From the human T2T-CHM13v2.0 reference genome, Homo sapiens, in assembly GCF_009914755.1 (NCBI RefSeq), contig NC_060931.1: a stretch of DNA of 64,000 bases. The stretch is one strand, 5' to 3'. Positions within the stretch are counted from its first letter, which is position 1. Every line of letters begins with the position of its first letter. Under the pieces are notes generated by a model, which saw only the letters and a program-made list of their open reading frames with translations, was not told where the DNA came from and did no database searches. This document shows, piece after piece, positions 1 to 19,116 of this stretch. The position numbers were made by a program, and so were the translations under genes.

Positions 1-186
1 CATTTATACGAGGTACTTAGAGTAGTCACAATCATATAGACAGAAAGTTGATTGGTAGTTTCCAGGGACAGGGGAGACAGGAAAATGGGGAATTATTGTT
101 TAATGTATATAAAATTTAAGTTTCTAAAGATGAAAAGAATTATGGAAGTGGGTGGTGATAAAGGTTGTACATTATAAGTGTATTTA

Positions 187-959
<773 letters not shown>

Positions 960-1594
960 GATGGTAAATTTTATGTTGTATTTTAGCACAATTTAAAAAA
1001 AAGAAAAAAAAATATAGCCAGATGAAAGAGCCCAGGAAAAATCAGCAAAGTAAACTTGCACCGAATGCACAGAATTGTAATTGGTTTAAAGCACTAATGT
1101 TTGGGTGGCTTGTTACGTAGCAAAGGCTAGGGACACAACACCAGAGGAAGACTTAGAGGAACCAGGAACAAAGGAATAAACTAGCAGCTGAGGCAGGAGA
1201 TTCCTTGAACCCGGGAGGCAGAAGTTGCAGTGAACTGAGAGGGCACTCCAGTCTGGGAGACACAGGGAGACTCAGTCAAAAAAAAAGAACTCATGGTTCT
1301 GCAGCCTGGCTCAGGTATAAAGGGAAAATATGACCAACCCAGCACATGCTGAGGATCCCTGCCTGGGTCCTGAACTGAGCAAGCATTCCGGGGCCAAACT
1401 GTCTTTCCACAACCTACTCCTGTCAACCTGATTGTTTAGTAAAGTGTCATCCTATGCCTGCGTTCACACTTTGATTTAGGCCTCAGTACGTCCCACCACT
1501 GGATTCTGTTCCTGCCTCTAACTGGGCCCTTTAATGTCCACCCATTCCTGCCTTACCAATGTGTATTCAGACTTGGGCTTTTTAATTAAATATT

Positions 1595-1965
1595 TGGCTG
1601 GGCACAGTGGCTCACACCTGTAATCACAACACTTTGGGAGACTGAGGCAGGAGGATTGCCTGAGGCCAGGAGTTTGAGACCAGCTGGGGCAACATAGTAA
1701 GATCCTCAGGTCTACAAAAAATAAAAATACTAGCTGGGTGTGGTGGTGCATGCCTGTATTCCCAGCTACTTGGGAGGGTGAGGCTGGAGGATGGCTTGAG
1801 TCCAGGAATTCCAGGCTGCAGTGAGCCAGCAGTGAGCCATGCAGCCTGGAACTCCTGGGATCAAACCATCCTCCAGCCTCAGCCTCCCAAGTAGCACTTG
1901 TACCACTGTGCACCAGCCTGGGCAACAGAGCAAGACCCTGTCTCAAAAAATAACATAAAATAAAA
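1595..1965 (+). mobile_element. AluJ-like with an internal inverted duplication
   Basis: Alu dimer; 1840-1895 is the reverse complement of 1765-1820. Confidence 0.88.
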
Positions 1966-2244
1966 ATATTAAATATTCACCCTCCTGCATCATCTTTTGC
2001 TGTTCCCTGCTGATCTCCTAAATCTGACCTGGCTCACCACCTCCTCTTTCTGGTCCTGGGTTTCACCTTCTTACTCCACCCATGTCAGGTGCCCCGGCAA
2101 ACCTGGCATCAAGAAATTGGTATGACAGCTGAACCTTGGGGCTGGAACCCAGCCTTGGTTGTCTTTCATTGTTTCCTTCTCAACATTGCACTCCCTTCTG
2201 CCACCTGAAGGCTGTCTTCTTCTTCTTCCTCTTCCTCTTCTTCT

Positions 2245-2544
2245 TCTTTTTTTTTTGAGATGAAGTTTTTGCTCTGTTGCCCAGGCTGGAATGTAATGGC
2301 ATGATCTCAGCTCACTGCAACCTCCCCACCTCCTGGGTTCAAGCAATTCTTATGCCTCAGCCTCCTAAGTAGCTGGGATTACAGGTGCCTGCCACCATGC
2401 CCACCTAATTTTTTTTGTATTTTTAGTAGAGACGTGGTTTCACCATGTTGGCCAGGCTGATCTTGAACTCTTGACCTTAGGTGATCCACCCACCTCTGCC
2501 TCCCACAGTGCTAGGATTACTGACATGAGCCACCTCGCCCGGCC
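2245..2544 (-). mobile_element. AluS
   Basis: Antisense dimer; TSD ctgaaggct(g/t)tcttct. Confidence 0.9.
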
Positions 2545-2740
2545 CTGAAGGCTTTCTTCTAAGGCCCTCCTGAATCCCCCACTGTTTGTCCCTGTGTTCT
2601 CACGGCTAACCTGCTTTCCAGAACATCAAGATGTCACTTACTGAGAATTTCAGCTTCTGCCAGCCAGTGTCAGGCAGCCTGATGCAATCACCTCTCTCCG
2701 CCTGACCCTACAGAAGGGCAGCATTTCCGACGCCAGTGGC

Positions 2741-3842
2741 TGTTGCAGGAAGTCAGGGACCCCAAATGGAGGGACCGGCTGAAGCCATGGTGGAAGAACA
2801 TAAATTGTGAAGATTTCACAGACATTTATTAGTTCCCCAAATTAGCACTTTCGTAATTTCTTATGCCTGTCTTCACTGTAATCTCTAAACATAAATTGTG
2901 AAGATTTCATGGACACTTATCACTTCCCCAATCAATACCCTTGTGATTTCCTATGCCTGTCTTTACTTTAATCTCTTAATCCTGTCATCTTGTAAACTGA
3001 GGAGGATGTATGTCACCTCAGGACCCTGTGATGATTGCGTTAACTGCACAAATTGTAGAGCATGTGTGTTTGAACAATATGAAATCTGGGCACCTTGAAA
3101 AAAGAACAGGATAACAGCAATGTTCAGGGAATAAGAGAGATAACCTTAAACTCTGACCGCCGGTGAGCCGGGCGGAACAGAGCCATATTTCTCTTCTTTC
3201 AAAAGCAAATGGGAGAAATAGCGCTGAATTCTTTTTCTCAGCAAGGAACATCGCTGAGAAAGAGAATGTGCCCCTGAGGGTAGGCCTCTAAAATGGCCCC
3301 TTTGGGTGTGGCCGTCTTCTATGGTCGAAACTGTAGGGATGAAATAAGCCCTGGTCTCCCGTAGCGCTCCCAGGCTTATTAGGATGAGGAAATTCCTGCC
3401 TAACAAATTTTGGTCAGACCAGTTGCTCTCAAACCCTGTCTCCTGATAAGATGTTATCAATGACAATGGTGCCTGAAACTTCATTAGCCATTTTAATTTC
3501 GCCCTGATCCTGTGGTCCTGTGATCTCGCCCTGCCTCCATTTGCCTTGTGATATTCTATCACCTTGTGAAGCACATGATTTCTGTGACCCACACCCTATT
3601 CGTACACTCCCTCCCCTTTGAAAATCACTAATAAAAACTTGCTGGTTTTGCGGCTTGTGGGGCATCATGGAAGCTACCGACATGTGATGTCTCCCCCGGA
3701 CGCCCAGCTTTAAAATTTCTCTCTTTTGTACTCTGTCCCTTTATTTCTCAAACTGGCCAACGCTTAGGGAAAATAGAAAAGAACCTACGTGAAATATCGG
3801 GGGGTGAATTTTGCCCGATATCTGGCTGAATTTCCCCCGATA
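2741..3842 (+). mobile_element. MER11-type solo LTR (HERV-K HML-8)
   Basis: Starts tgttgcaggaagtcagggacccc and ends tttcccccgata. Perfect 6-bp TSD agtggc 2735-2740 / 3843-3848. Internal ~75-bp duplicated unit (cataaattgtgaagatttca). 1102 bp. Confidence 0.9.
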
Positions 3843-3921
3843 AGTGGCTGCTTCCTCCAAAGGGTTACTCAGGACTTTCCTGGCAAGGGCGGATGATTAG
3901 GCCTGCCACAAAACTTATTAA

Positions 3922-4102
<181 letters not shown>

Positions 4103-4239
4103 TGAATCTTTGGTGGAGGGCTTGCACCTGAAGCTGTTTTCAAGTAGCAAGAATGCACTTGATTCATGGAGAGAGACATTTTTTATTTGAGAAAAAAAAG
4201 ATAAATCCCTTTTCTGAACTCTAGTAAATGAAAAAATCC

Positions 4240-4420
4240 ATACTATTAAATAGCATATTTATATATATTATATATATACTTTATTTATTATATATATATT
4301 TATATATATAAACAGCATATTTATATATATAAACAGCATATTTATATATAAACAGCATATTTATATATAAATAGCATATTTATATATATAAATAGCATAT
4401 TTATATATACTATTAAATAG
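4240..4420. repeat. AT-rich minisatellite, ~20-bp unit (tatatataaa[c/t]agcatatt)
   Basis: At least 5 visible copies, flanked by atactattaaatag on both sides. Confidence 0.85.
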
Positions 4421-4514
4421 ATTAAAAACTAGCTCTTAGAGGACTAATGAATACTTTCAAATCATGGTGAAACAAAGGCATACAGAGGGCAATGTCACCA
4501 ATATAAGATACTCT

Positions 4515-5350
4515 TTTTTATTTTTTGAAACAGGGTCCTGCTCTGTCATTCAGGCTTGGTCCGATGATAGCTCACTGCAGCCTCCAACTCCTGAGCTCAA
4601 GCAATCCTCCTGTATTAGCCTCCTGAGTAGCTGGGATTACAGGTGCACACCACCACGCCTGGCTAACTTTTGAATTTTTTGTAGTGATGGGATTTTGCCA
4701 TGTTGGCTAGGCTGGTCTCCAACTCCTGACCACAAGTGATCTGCCCACCTTGGCCTCCCAAAGTGCTGGGATTACAGGCATGAAGCACTGTGCCCAGCCC
4801 ATAACACTTTTTGATCCTAAAAATCCTAAAAACCCTATAGGCACAAGCCACCAAGCCTAGCTAACTTTTTGTTTGTTTGTTTGATAGTAGAGACGGGTTT
4901 TCACTATGTTGGCCAGGCTGGTCTCGAACTTCTGACCTTAAGTGATCCACCTACCTCGGCCTCCCAAAGTGCTGGGACTACATGCGTGAGCCACTGCACC
5001 TGGCCCCTAGAGATTCTAAGTAACAGGAAAGCTATTACTGCTTGCCTTGATGCATATCACTATATCACTTTTTTTTTTTTTGAGGCAGAACTTCACTCTG
5101 TCGCCCAAGCTGGAGTGCAGTGGTGCAATCTTGGCTCACTGCAACCTCCACCTCCTGTGTTTAAGCGATTCTTCTTCCTCAGCCTCCTGAGTGGCTGGGT
5201 TTACAGGCATGGACAACTATGTCCAGCTAATTTTTGTATTTTTTGTTTGCCATGTTGGCCAGGCTGGTCTCAAACTCCAGACCTCGAGTGATCCGCCTGC
5301 CTTGGCCTCTAAAGTGCTGGGATTACAGGCATGAGCCACAGTGCCCGGCC
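4515..5350 (-). mobile_element. Three antisense Alus (4515-4798 AluJ; 4838-5004 partial; 5068-5350 AluS)
   Basis: Alu consensus blocks with T-tails. Confidence 0.88.
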
Positions 5351-5592
5351 AAACTTGCCTAGTGCTCTTTAATGAAGGTCTGTTATCTGTCAGAAGTTTT
5401 ATGCTGTGACTGCTGCTTCAGCAGTGCGGTGGGGGCAGGAGGCGTTTGAATTCTCCATGAGCAGCCACTAACATGGGAATTCATACATCATCGTAGGTGA
5501 GCTAGACAACCACATGTGTAATGCAAAATATACACGTTCTAGATTGTGCTATGTATCCTGGATGTTTCAGGACAGTCTCATCGTCAATTACA

Positions 5593-6097
5593 TTTTCTTT
5601 CTTTTCTTTCTCTTCCTTTTCTTTTCTTCCTTCCTTTGTTCCTTCCTTTCCTCCTCCTCCTCTTTCTTCTTCTTTTCCTCTTCTCCTCCCCTTCCTTCCT
5701 TCCTTCCCTTCCTTCCTCCCTTCCTCCCCCTCTTTCTTTCTCCCTCTGTCTCTGTCTCTGTCTCTCTCTTCCTCTTTCTCTCTCTTTTTCTCTCTTTCTT
5801 CCCTTCTTTGCAACAAGGGTCTTACTGTCTCTCAGGCTGGAGAGCAGTAGTATGATCATAGCTCACTGGAGCCTTGAACTCCTGGGCTCAAGCAATCCTC
5901 CTGCCTCAGCCTCCCAAGTAGCTGGGACCAGAGGCCTGCACCACATGCATGGCTTGTTTTTATTTTTTAATTTTGTATAGAGATGAGGGGTATCATTATG
6001 TTACCCCAGCTGGTCTCAAACTTCTGACCTCAAATGATTCCTCTGCCTTGGGATTCCAAAGTGTAGGGTTTATAGGCATGAGCCACTGCACTCAACC
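5593..6097 (-). mobile_element. AluJ (5810-6097) with tail expanded into a CT-rich tract (5593-5810)
   Basis: (CCTT/CT)n followed by antisense Alu; TSD tacattttctt. Confidence 0.85.
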
Positions 6098-6354
6098 TAC
6101 ATTTTCTTATATACTGCTACTATGTTAGAAATTCTGTATTTCTGAAAATAATGACTTAGTCAATCTAGTCTACAAGCTAACAAGTGAACAAGCTGAGATT
6201 TTCCAAAAAAAGACTGTAATGGTGCCTCCTATCCTCTGTAGATGTGAATGATGAAAGGGACCATGTATTTTATTTACATGTACAGCAAATTTGACTTTTT
6301 TTCATGTAATTTTGTATAAAAGATAATTAATTTAATAGATAACATAAAAAGAAT

Positions 6355-6645
6355 TTTTTTTTAAGATGGAGTCTTGCTCTGTTGCCCAGGCTGGAGTACA
6401 GTGGTATGATTTTAGCTGACTGCAACCTCTGTCTCCCGGGCTCAAGGAAATCTCCTGTCTCAGCCTCCTGAGTAGCTGGGACTACAGGCAACCATCAACA
6501 TGCCCAGTTAATGTTTGTATTTTTACTAGAGACGGGGGTTTCACCACATTGGTCAGGCTGGTCTCGATCTCCTGACTTCAGGTGATCCGCTCACCTTGGC
6601 CTCCCAAAGTGCTGGGATTACAGGCGTGAGCCACCGCGTCCAGGC
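6355..6645 (-). mobile_element. AluS
   Basis: Antisense dimer. Confidence 0.9.
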
Positions 6646-6831
6646 AAAAAGAAATTTTATGTTTACATCTAAGACTTTGGAATAATTTAAGAATGCTTTT
6701 GACTACATGTAACATGAAATCAGACTAATGGTAGCCAAAGCAAGAAAGCCATGACAATTTTCATGTACCAAAAAGTTGTAGGTAGATTCTTCCAGGGCGG
6801 GTTCATCAGCTCAGTGGCATCAGGGTGCTGG

Positions 6832-7305
6832 CCTTTCTTCCTTCCTTTCCTCCCTCCCTCCCTCTGTCCCTTCCTTGCTTCTTTGCTTCCTTCCTTCCTC
6901 CCTCCCTTCCTCCCTGCTTTCTTTCTCTCTCTCTTTCTTTATTTTTTCTTCCTTCCTCCTTCCTTCCTTCTTCCTCCCTCCCTCCCTCTTTCTCTTTCCC
7001 TCCCTCCTTTCCTCCTTCCCACCTCCCCTCCTTCCTTCCTCCCCTCCTTCCTTCCTCCCCTCCTCCCCTCCTCCTCTCCTTCCTTCCTCCTCTCCTTCCT
7101 TCCTCCCCTCCTCCGCTCATCCCCTTCTCCCCTCTTCCCCTCCTTCCTTCCTCCCTTCCTCCTTTCCTCCCTTCCTCCCTTCCTCCCTTCTTTCCTTCCT
7201 TGGTCTTGCTCTACTGCCCAGGCTACAGTGCATTGGTACAATCATAGCTCATTGCAGACTTGTATTCTTGGGCTCAAGCGATCCTCCTGCCTTAGCCTCC
7301 GGAAC
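6832..7305 (-). repeat. ~370-bp polypyrimidine tract followed by an Alu fragment
   Basis: (CCT/CCTT)n at 6832-7200; Alu right-arm piece at 7200-7305. Confidence 0.85.
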
Positions 7306-7574
7306 AACCAGGACTTCTCTGCTTTCTCTTGGCTTTTCCTCACAGTCACAAGACAGTTGCTGCAGCTCCAGGCATCAACATCACACACAGGAATCTTAAA
7401 TTGAAAGAAAGTATCAAAAGCAAAACTAAATTTTCTTCAGCAGGTTCCTTTTACACACTTCTTCCTTGTAAGACAGAGAAGGAAACATTTTCAAGTTTTC
7501 CTTTCTGACTTCATTTGGTAGATCCGTGTCACATGTCCATGTGACAAGGGAAAGTTAGAAAGTTAGAATCTAGC

Positions 7575-7931
7575 TGTATTTTCACATTTCTATAAAGAAC
7601 TACCTGAAACTGGGTAATTTATAAAGGAAAGAGTTTTAATTGACTCACAGTTCTGCATGGCTGGGGATGCCTCAGGAAACTTAACAATCATGGTGGAAAG
7701 TGAAGGGGAAGCAAGGCACATCTTACATGGTGGCAGGAGAAAGAGAGAGTGAAAGGGGAAGTGCCACTTTTAAACCATCAGATCTTGTGAGAACTCACTC
7801 ACTGTCACAAGACCAGGATGGGGGAAACCACCTCCATGATCCAATCACCTCCCACCAGATCCCTCCTTCTACACATGGGGATTACAATTCAAGATGAGAT
7901 TTTGGTGGAGACACAGAGCTAAATAATATCA
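7575..7931. mobile_element. MaLR LTR (THE1D/MSTA-type)
   Basis: actgggtaatttataaaggaaagag..aattcaagatgagatttt; TSD ctagc 7570-7574 / 7932-7936. Confidence 0.85.
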
Positions 7932-8061
7932 CTAGCAAAGAGAAATTCCATATATACATGTTGATTGTGTCAAGCTGCTATCAAAAGGACTCCAACGTAA
8001 AGTATCCTAAATAATCTAGAGTTTTCCTTATTAAATACACACAAATGTTTTCTTCTTCTTC

Positions 8062-8700
<639 letters not shown>

Positions 8701-9183
8701 TCAGGAATTCAGGCTGATGGCTTCAAAAGTTACTGAGTGTCACCTTTCCTGCCAGTGGGAAGATGGAAAGTATGGAAGTTTAAACCCCCGAATTTCCTTT
8801 TCAGTAAATGAGGCAGAAATTGCACATATTACTTTATTTCCAGTTCCACCAGCAGGTCACCCTAGTCAAACAGGGCTGGAAAATGCAGTCCCAAGTTGGA
8901 CACAGGTTTGCTACAACTATAGCAATAGATGTGTAGAACAGAGTTCGGTTGCAGCTTGCATCTCTACCACACCATGACTGGCACAGACAAATTATGATTC
9001 ATACCACATTGTGGGTGAGGGACATTCCTTCTTGAGATCAAAGGATGAGATCCTACTACCTGCACTCAACATGGAGATTTCATTAGGAAAAAAAGTGAGG
9101 ACTGGCTATAGGTAAGGTAATTAATAGTGTCGACTGTAGAGTTTCATATAAATAAACTGACAGTTGGGAAAACATAAATTTAG

Positions 9184-9509
<326 letters not shown>

Positions 9510-10710
9510 TCTGCTTTGGTTTCATTACTGTGTCTGACATGTTTAATTCTATGTGAGTCTTCAGGACCAGACTCTGTCCTCTGAGGACAAGAACTTTGTT
9601 GGTGACATCCCTTTGCCCTCCACCTCTCCCTGTGGCTCCATGCTTGAAACGCTGGAGGTGTTCCATGTTTGCTAATGGCCAGAACGTACAAGGTTGAGGT
9701 TTCCTGACCATAGCCCTGGGCTCTGTATCTACCCACACCAAGGAAAACAAGGAGTTGGAGATCAGGATGCTCCATGGTTTTAACCATTGGGCCAACTTAG
9801 ACCAATGGTTAAGGACAGAAACGGAGTGATAATAAAGTGAGCACACGTGGCTATAGTCATTGCAACATTGAGTTGGTATCAACATCCTCGACCTCTGTGT
9901 TGTGGGTCAATTCTATGCCTATGTATTGAAATTTTCTCTGCTTCCCACTCTCCTGTGGTGTATACACTTGGTACTTGCTTTGTATAACTCAGTCATGTTG
10001 TCAGAATAACTAGCTGTGTATATATCACCTCTCTTTCCTTGAGAATTTAGGATCCTCAACATCAAGGGACATTTATTAATCTTATTTTGTTCCAGCATCT
10101 TTTATAATGCCTAGGAGGAAGGGTTTTTTTTTTAATGTTGAGAAAACTAAATGAAAAAATAGTTTGCTTATGTTGACTTAATACGTCTTTCAAAACTCCT
10201 GACATGATTGGCTAATTATATAAATATTACTCACCATGACTTCTGGGCAATAAGCAACACTGTTGAATTTATAGATTAAACACATATTTATTGAGCATCT
10301 ATTATGCACAATAAAGTCATCTACTACACAGCAGGGAGTAGTTCAAATGCAAAGTGACTCCATGCAGCGAAGGCATTATCTAACACTCCTAATTATAGGA
10401 ATATGGACCCTTTTTCTATTTAAAGTTGAATTTAGGGATTAGTGAGATGTTATGGGGATTTCTACGAAATAGTCAGCTTTCTATAATTAGCCATATCCAA
10501 GTAGATGGTGAATGATCACCTGAACAGAATATTACTCAAGGGAGGTAAAGTCAGTTTCTGGAAAAGCCTCTTCGAAAACAAAGTTTCCATAATTATAAGG
10601 GGCAAAGGGTCATTCTTTGGCTACATTCTATAGGAACTAAACTTACACTACCTTGTTCAACCATTGGTAAAGACTTTGACCATTCCTAATGAGTTGAAAT
10701 ACCAACATAA

Positions 10711-11018
<308 letters not shown>

Positions 11019-11096
11019 TAATGTGATAATGGTAATGTGGTGTTTAGGGCCTAAGAATGTTCTAATTTTGTCCAATGCCCTAATCACTCATCATGG

Positions 11097-11601
<505 letters not shown>

Positions 11602-11907
11602 ATGGTGAGTTTCAGAAGGAGATGTCCTCACTTTAGGGGCATAGACAAAAAATATATTAAAAAAAAAAAAAGAAAAAAGAAAAAGAAAAAAAAAAGGAAG
11701 AAGAAATAAAAAAGCAACATGACTAAGAATAGCTGGGCCTGGGTCCCAGACCCCAATTCAGAGCTCAGATAAGCTCTACTGGACAACAAGTTAAAACATT
11801 TTTCCTAAATTCTTAGGTATTAGCTTCTTCACATTAGAGCCCAATTTCCTATACCTGTCAGACCCAGTGGAGAATCAGAGGACATACTCATTAAGATTGT
11901 CAGTGCT

Positions 11908-12868
<961 letters not shown>

Positions 12869-13318
12869 CAAGAGATGGACCACATAAAGCAGCTTTCTTC
12901 TTCAGCAAACGTGGCTGGTCAGTGGGTTGCAATGTAATTCCCCGAGATTCTTCCCCTGCTCTGGATGTGGAAGGGTATAAAGGGTTATGAAATAGTGTCC
13001 CTCTAGCCTGAGCTCATGGGCCAAGCCTGATGATATGGAATGTAGTAGATATAAATGCAAACTTCTTCACTTTAGTTCTAAAAACAATTGCATAAATATC
13101 AAACAGGGAACTCAGCTTTGACTCATTGGTTTTGACTGGCTCAACAAAGGGTTTTTATTCTGATGTTTAGTTGTACAGAGACCTGCCTTATTGTCCGTGG
13201 GCCAGACAAGTTCAGATTTAAATGCTATATTTAAAAGGAACACGGCAGCCTACATATTGTTTAGAGGACATTAATAAATGGTATAGGAAATTGAACTGGC
13301 AAGTGACTAGTTTCTTTA

Positions 13319-13696
<378 letters not shown>

Positions 13697-13953
13697 GGGG
13701 CTTGGGGTTGTTGAATTCCTACTATATTCTAAGTACTATGGTATATGATGCTGTGGCTAAGTTCTCCAGTTTGATCATTCTGGTCATTGTTCCCATTTCA
13801 CAGATGAGGAAACCAGGGCTTTGAAAGGCTAGGCAGTTTTCCTACTCACCCAGCTAATGAACAGCATACCTTCTTTCTGTTCAATTCAATTCCACAACAT
13901 CAAGCATGTCACATTCTGTGATTCTAAGATTCTTTGCTTTAATGGTCCTATAA

Positions 13954-14260
<307 letters not shown>

Positions 14261-14429
14261 CCTATGAATGATTCTAACGTTGCAGTGTTCAGAGACTGTG
14301 CAGAATGGCTGTGCAGGAATAGAAAGGTTGCAAAGGGGGACAGAAAGTATGAGGTGGTAGAAGGAACAGAACAATTACAAAAGTGGTCATTCATTGGGTC
14401 CCCTGCCCCCCAAATAAAACATTCCTGTT

Positions 14430-14747
14430 TATTTCTTTCTTTCTTTTCTCTCTCTTTTTTTTTTTTTTGAGACAGTCTTGTTCTGTCACCCAGGCTGGAG
14501 TACAGTGACACGATTTTGACTCACTGCAACTTCTGCCTCCCAGGTTGCAGTGATTCTCTTGCCTCAGCCTCCTGAGTAGCTGGAATTACTGGCATGCACC
14601 ACCACTTCCAGCTAATTTTTGTGTTTTTAGTAGAGACAGGGTTTCACCATGTTGGCCAGGCTGCTCTCAAACTCCTGACCTCAGGCTATCCACCCACCTG
14701 GGCCTCCCAAAGTGCTGGGATTACAGGCGTGAGCCACTGCACCTGGC
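14430..14747 (-). mobile_element. AluS
   Basis: Antisense dimer. Confidence 0.9.
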
Positions 14748-15009
14748 TATTTATCTGCATTTCTGCCAGGCAGCCATGTGACCTGAGAAGAGCTCCCTTG
14801 TGAGACAGGATTTTTCTCATTTCCTGGCTCCTAATCTAAGAGAAATGTCTAAATTAGTTGGCTGGCTCTGCCTGAAGTGGGTGGAGGGGGGACGAAAAGG
14901 TAGAATCAATCACTCCATTTGAAACTGCATCTGCTGAAAAGATGTCATGAAGAGGCGGGTAATTCTGTTTCCTCAAGCACTTCTCCTAGGAACCACTAGC
15001 CCGTTTTTT

Positions 15010-15203
15010 TTTCTTGGCTGCAACCTGTTAAAGATGCCCAGCAGGGCCTTCCAGAGCCCGGCCAGGGCACTGAGTCCCTGCCAGCTGTCTGTGGATTCTT
15101 CTCCTTTTACATTAGAATGCGTTTTACAACTTGATTAAGTGCCTGCCTGTTGCCAACCCTAGGCTGAGTTTCCAGGTTGCAGCCTCTGAAAGTCTCCTTA
15201 TTA
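15010..15203 (-). repeat. Arm B of the 194-bp inverted repeat
   Basis: Reverse complement of 12675-12868. Confidence 0.92.
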
Positions 15204-15369
15204 AAGGCATTTACAAAATAATATCCTAGTGGAGAGCTGCCAGGAGTTATCTGAAACTCCACTTATTCCCATGGAACAGTCAATGTAAGTTTTCCCCAGT
15301 TAGAATTCATTTGGCTGGAAGACAGAGTCCTTGATACACACTTGTAAAAGTAATTTAATATTTGTGGGT

Positions 15370-15610
15370 TTTTTTTAACTTTTTATTAAATTTTTTTTAT
15401 TTGTACAGATTCATGGAGTACAAGTGTGATTTTGTTACCTGCATAGATTGCATAGTACGGTCAGAGCTTTTTGGGTATCCATCACTCAAATAACATACAT
15501 TGTATCCATTAAGTAATCTCTCATTATCTGCCCTCCCTCTCACCCTCTCACCCTTCTTAGTCTCTATGTTCTATCATTACACACTCTACGTCCATGTTTA
15601 CATATTTATA
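15370..15610 (-). mobile_element. L1MA-type 3' end fragment
   Basis: Antisense L1MA tail: gtacaagtgtgattttgttacctgcatagattgcatagt..atccatcactcaaataacatacattgta. Confidence 0.65.
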
Positions 15611-15792
15611 ATTAAAGGAACTGCAATTGTGATTCAGCTGTGACGTGTGTGGCAGAGACCTTACCATGTCCTAACTACAAATGAAAGCTGCAGAATCTAT
15701 CAGTTCTTGGTCATTTGCAGTGCTAGATCTCAGGAGGCAGATGAGTTCTGCAATGAGCTCACACTTCCTTGGATGTTTAAGATCATTGCATA

Positions 15793-16503
<711 letters not shown>

Positions 16504-17601
16504 TTGCCAGTAAAATGAAGTGTTAAATAACAATTTTGCTTAAATAGATGCTACCCTGTTGCTCAAAGTTTTGGCAGAGATCACAAAGGCCAAGACAGGT
16601 ATGAAATGTGTCAAGGACACAAACATCCTTAACTAAGGGCCTAGACCATGCTCAGGACATGCTAAGAGAGGCCAAACCGCTTCAGCCAGCATTGGTCCTG
16701 TGACAGGCTGCTTATATAGGAATGGATTAAGAAGGGTATAGAGGATTTCTCTGGAGAGACTTGTTAGTATACTATATATCCGCTCCCTATGGGAGACTCA
16801 GGGCAAAAGAGGGGGCTGGAAGAAAGCCATCTGGGGGTATTCTGTGTGGCTCTGGGGTTGGAACATCATAGGGAACTGGGCATCTGACTCGCTTGTGACT
16901 GAGCTGCAGAAAAGGGCTTGCAGTCTCACACCTGGCTGTCACTCAGAGAAGGAACTGTACCAGAATGGCCTGTATGTCTAGAGTGGGCAGGGCAAAGTAT
17001 AGTGAGGTGTCTATGTGCCACATATGGGCCTGCTAAAGGGACTCTTCCATCAGGGACAAGATGACCCCAACAGAAGGTGAACTTCAGGACAGGAGCTGAG
17101 CAGAGAGCTAAAAGCAGTGAGGGGAAGAGGCATTGCCCACTTCAAGGGAAGTTCAGGTGAGGGATTCCTGATGACAGGGAGGGGATGACCAAATAACCCT
17201 CCAGAGTCCCCCATGAGGAAGGTCCAATGGGACACACCCAGAAGGTCCAATGGGAAATCCAAAGGCATTAGTCAAGTGCACCTCTCCTCTCCCCTCTCAT
17301 CCTTTCCAACTCTGCAGGGACCCAAAGTACAGTCAGAGAGTGACGGAATGAAGCAGAGGGAAGGAGGCCACCATCATCCACTGCCCCCTCCCCACTGCAG
17401 GTTTCCTAGCCACAAAAAGGCTGAGCTAGGAGACTGAAGACATTTTAAGAGAATGATAGCTTAGGCTTTGATACAACACTAAACTGGGTTATTTTAAAAC
17501 ACCTAGAAAAATACATGATTTATAATATCTTTTGTTAAAACCTGAAAATAACTTAGGGGACATTTTTTTACCCATGAATGACCTTAAAAGCTGAAGGACC
17601 T

Positions 17602-17965
<364 letters not shown>

Positions 17966-18131
17966 TTAAAGTACAGTGACAGAATCATGCTACTGTTTGT
18001 CTACACCCAAGTCTAGTTTAATTACTTAACCATTGTCTAGAGTCTTCCTAAAAGACAGAAGACTCTGGAACCAAAACAACAACAAAATAAAAATATGTGC
18101 ATTAAAAAATAAAATTAAATTAAAAAATTAA

Positions 18132-18513
<382 letters not shown>

Positions 18514-19116
18514 TGAGTTTTTATATATGGGAAAAACTGTTAGCACAAACTGTCATGCCTCCCTCCTGCTGCCTAAAAACATTCTCATGAGTCACTGAAG
18601 GGATAAAATATTCTAACACTTAGGCCACCTTAGTCTCAATCTCACAATGTCCCTGTTGTACTCTTATAATGCTACATAACACTGGAAATGTTCTGTTCAG
18701 AGTGTTACATTAAATACCCTGTCATTGACTTCTTTAAGAAATATAATACAGTTTTATAGCTAGTGAAAGCATTGGTATGCAGAAAAACATACTGTAGCCA
18801 TATATTTTCTTTCTCATACCCTCAAATTTCTGGAGAAACATAGTCTGCCTATTTAATAAGGAATGCAGAATTCTCCATTTGGTTGAAATAAGCCACTTTT
18901 TCATGTCAAGAGATTTTATAATTCCTGAGTGTCATGTACAAATGGCAGAGAGTTACTCCCACAGCTCCCCTGCCAAGCCCTCTCCTGTAGTAGATGAGAC
19001 GTATCATTCCTTTTCTTATCTTGCATATAGGGTTGGCCACTGACAACTTATAATAGCTCCAGCTGACATGGGTTTCTCATATCTGGCCAGACATTTGTCC
19101 CTCTTTTCCTTTTTAT

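Noticed and set aside
4240-4420. Regular ~20-bp repeats resembling an array
   Set aside because: No unique spacers; an ordinary AT-rich minisatellite in a eukaryotic genome, not CRISPR.
5418-5445. Possible CTCF-like site (cagtgcggtgggggcagg)
   Set aside because: Only a partial motif match; cannot be supported without data.
5502-7404. Long F/L/P/S-rich and E/G/R/K-rich ORFs (also 61830-62508)
   Set aside because: Artefacts of stop-free CT/GA low-complexity tracts.
11645-11715. Orphan A-rich tract as a severely truncated retro-insertion
   Set aside because: No convincing TSD or element body visible.
16540-17590. Possible ancient LTR or exon-containing unique region
   Set aside because: Could not assign a family or find a credible ORF or splice structure.
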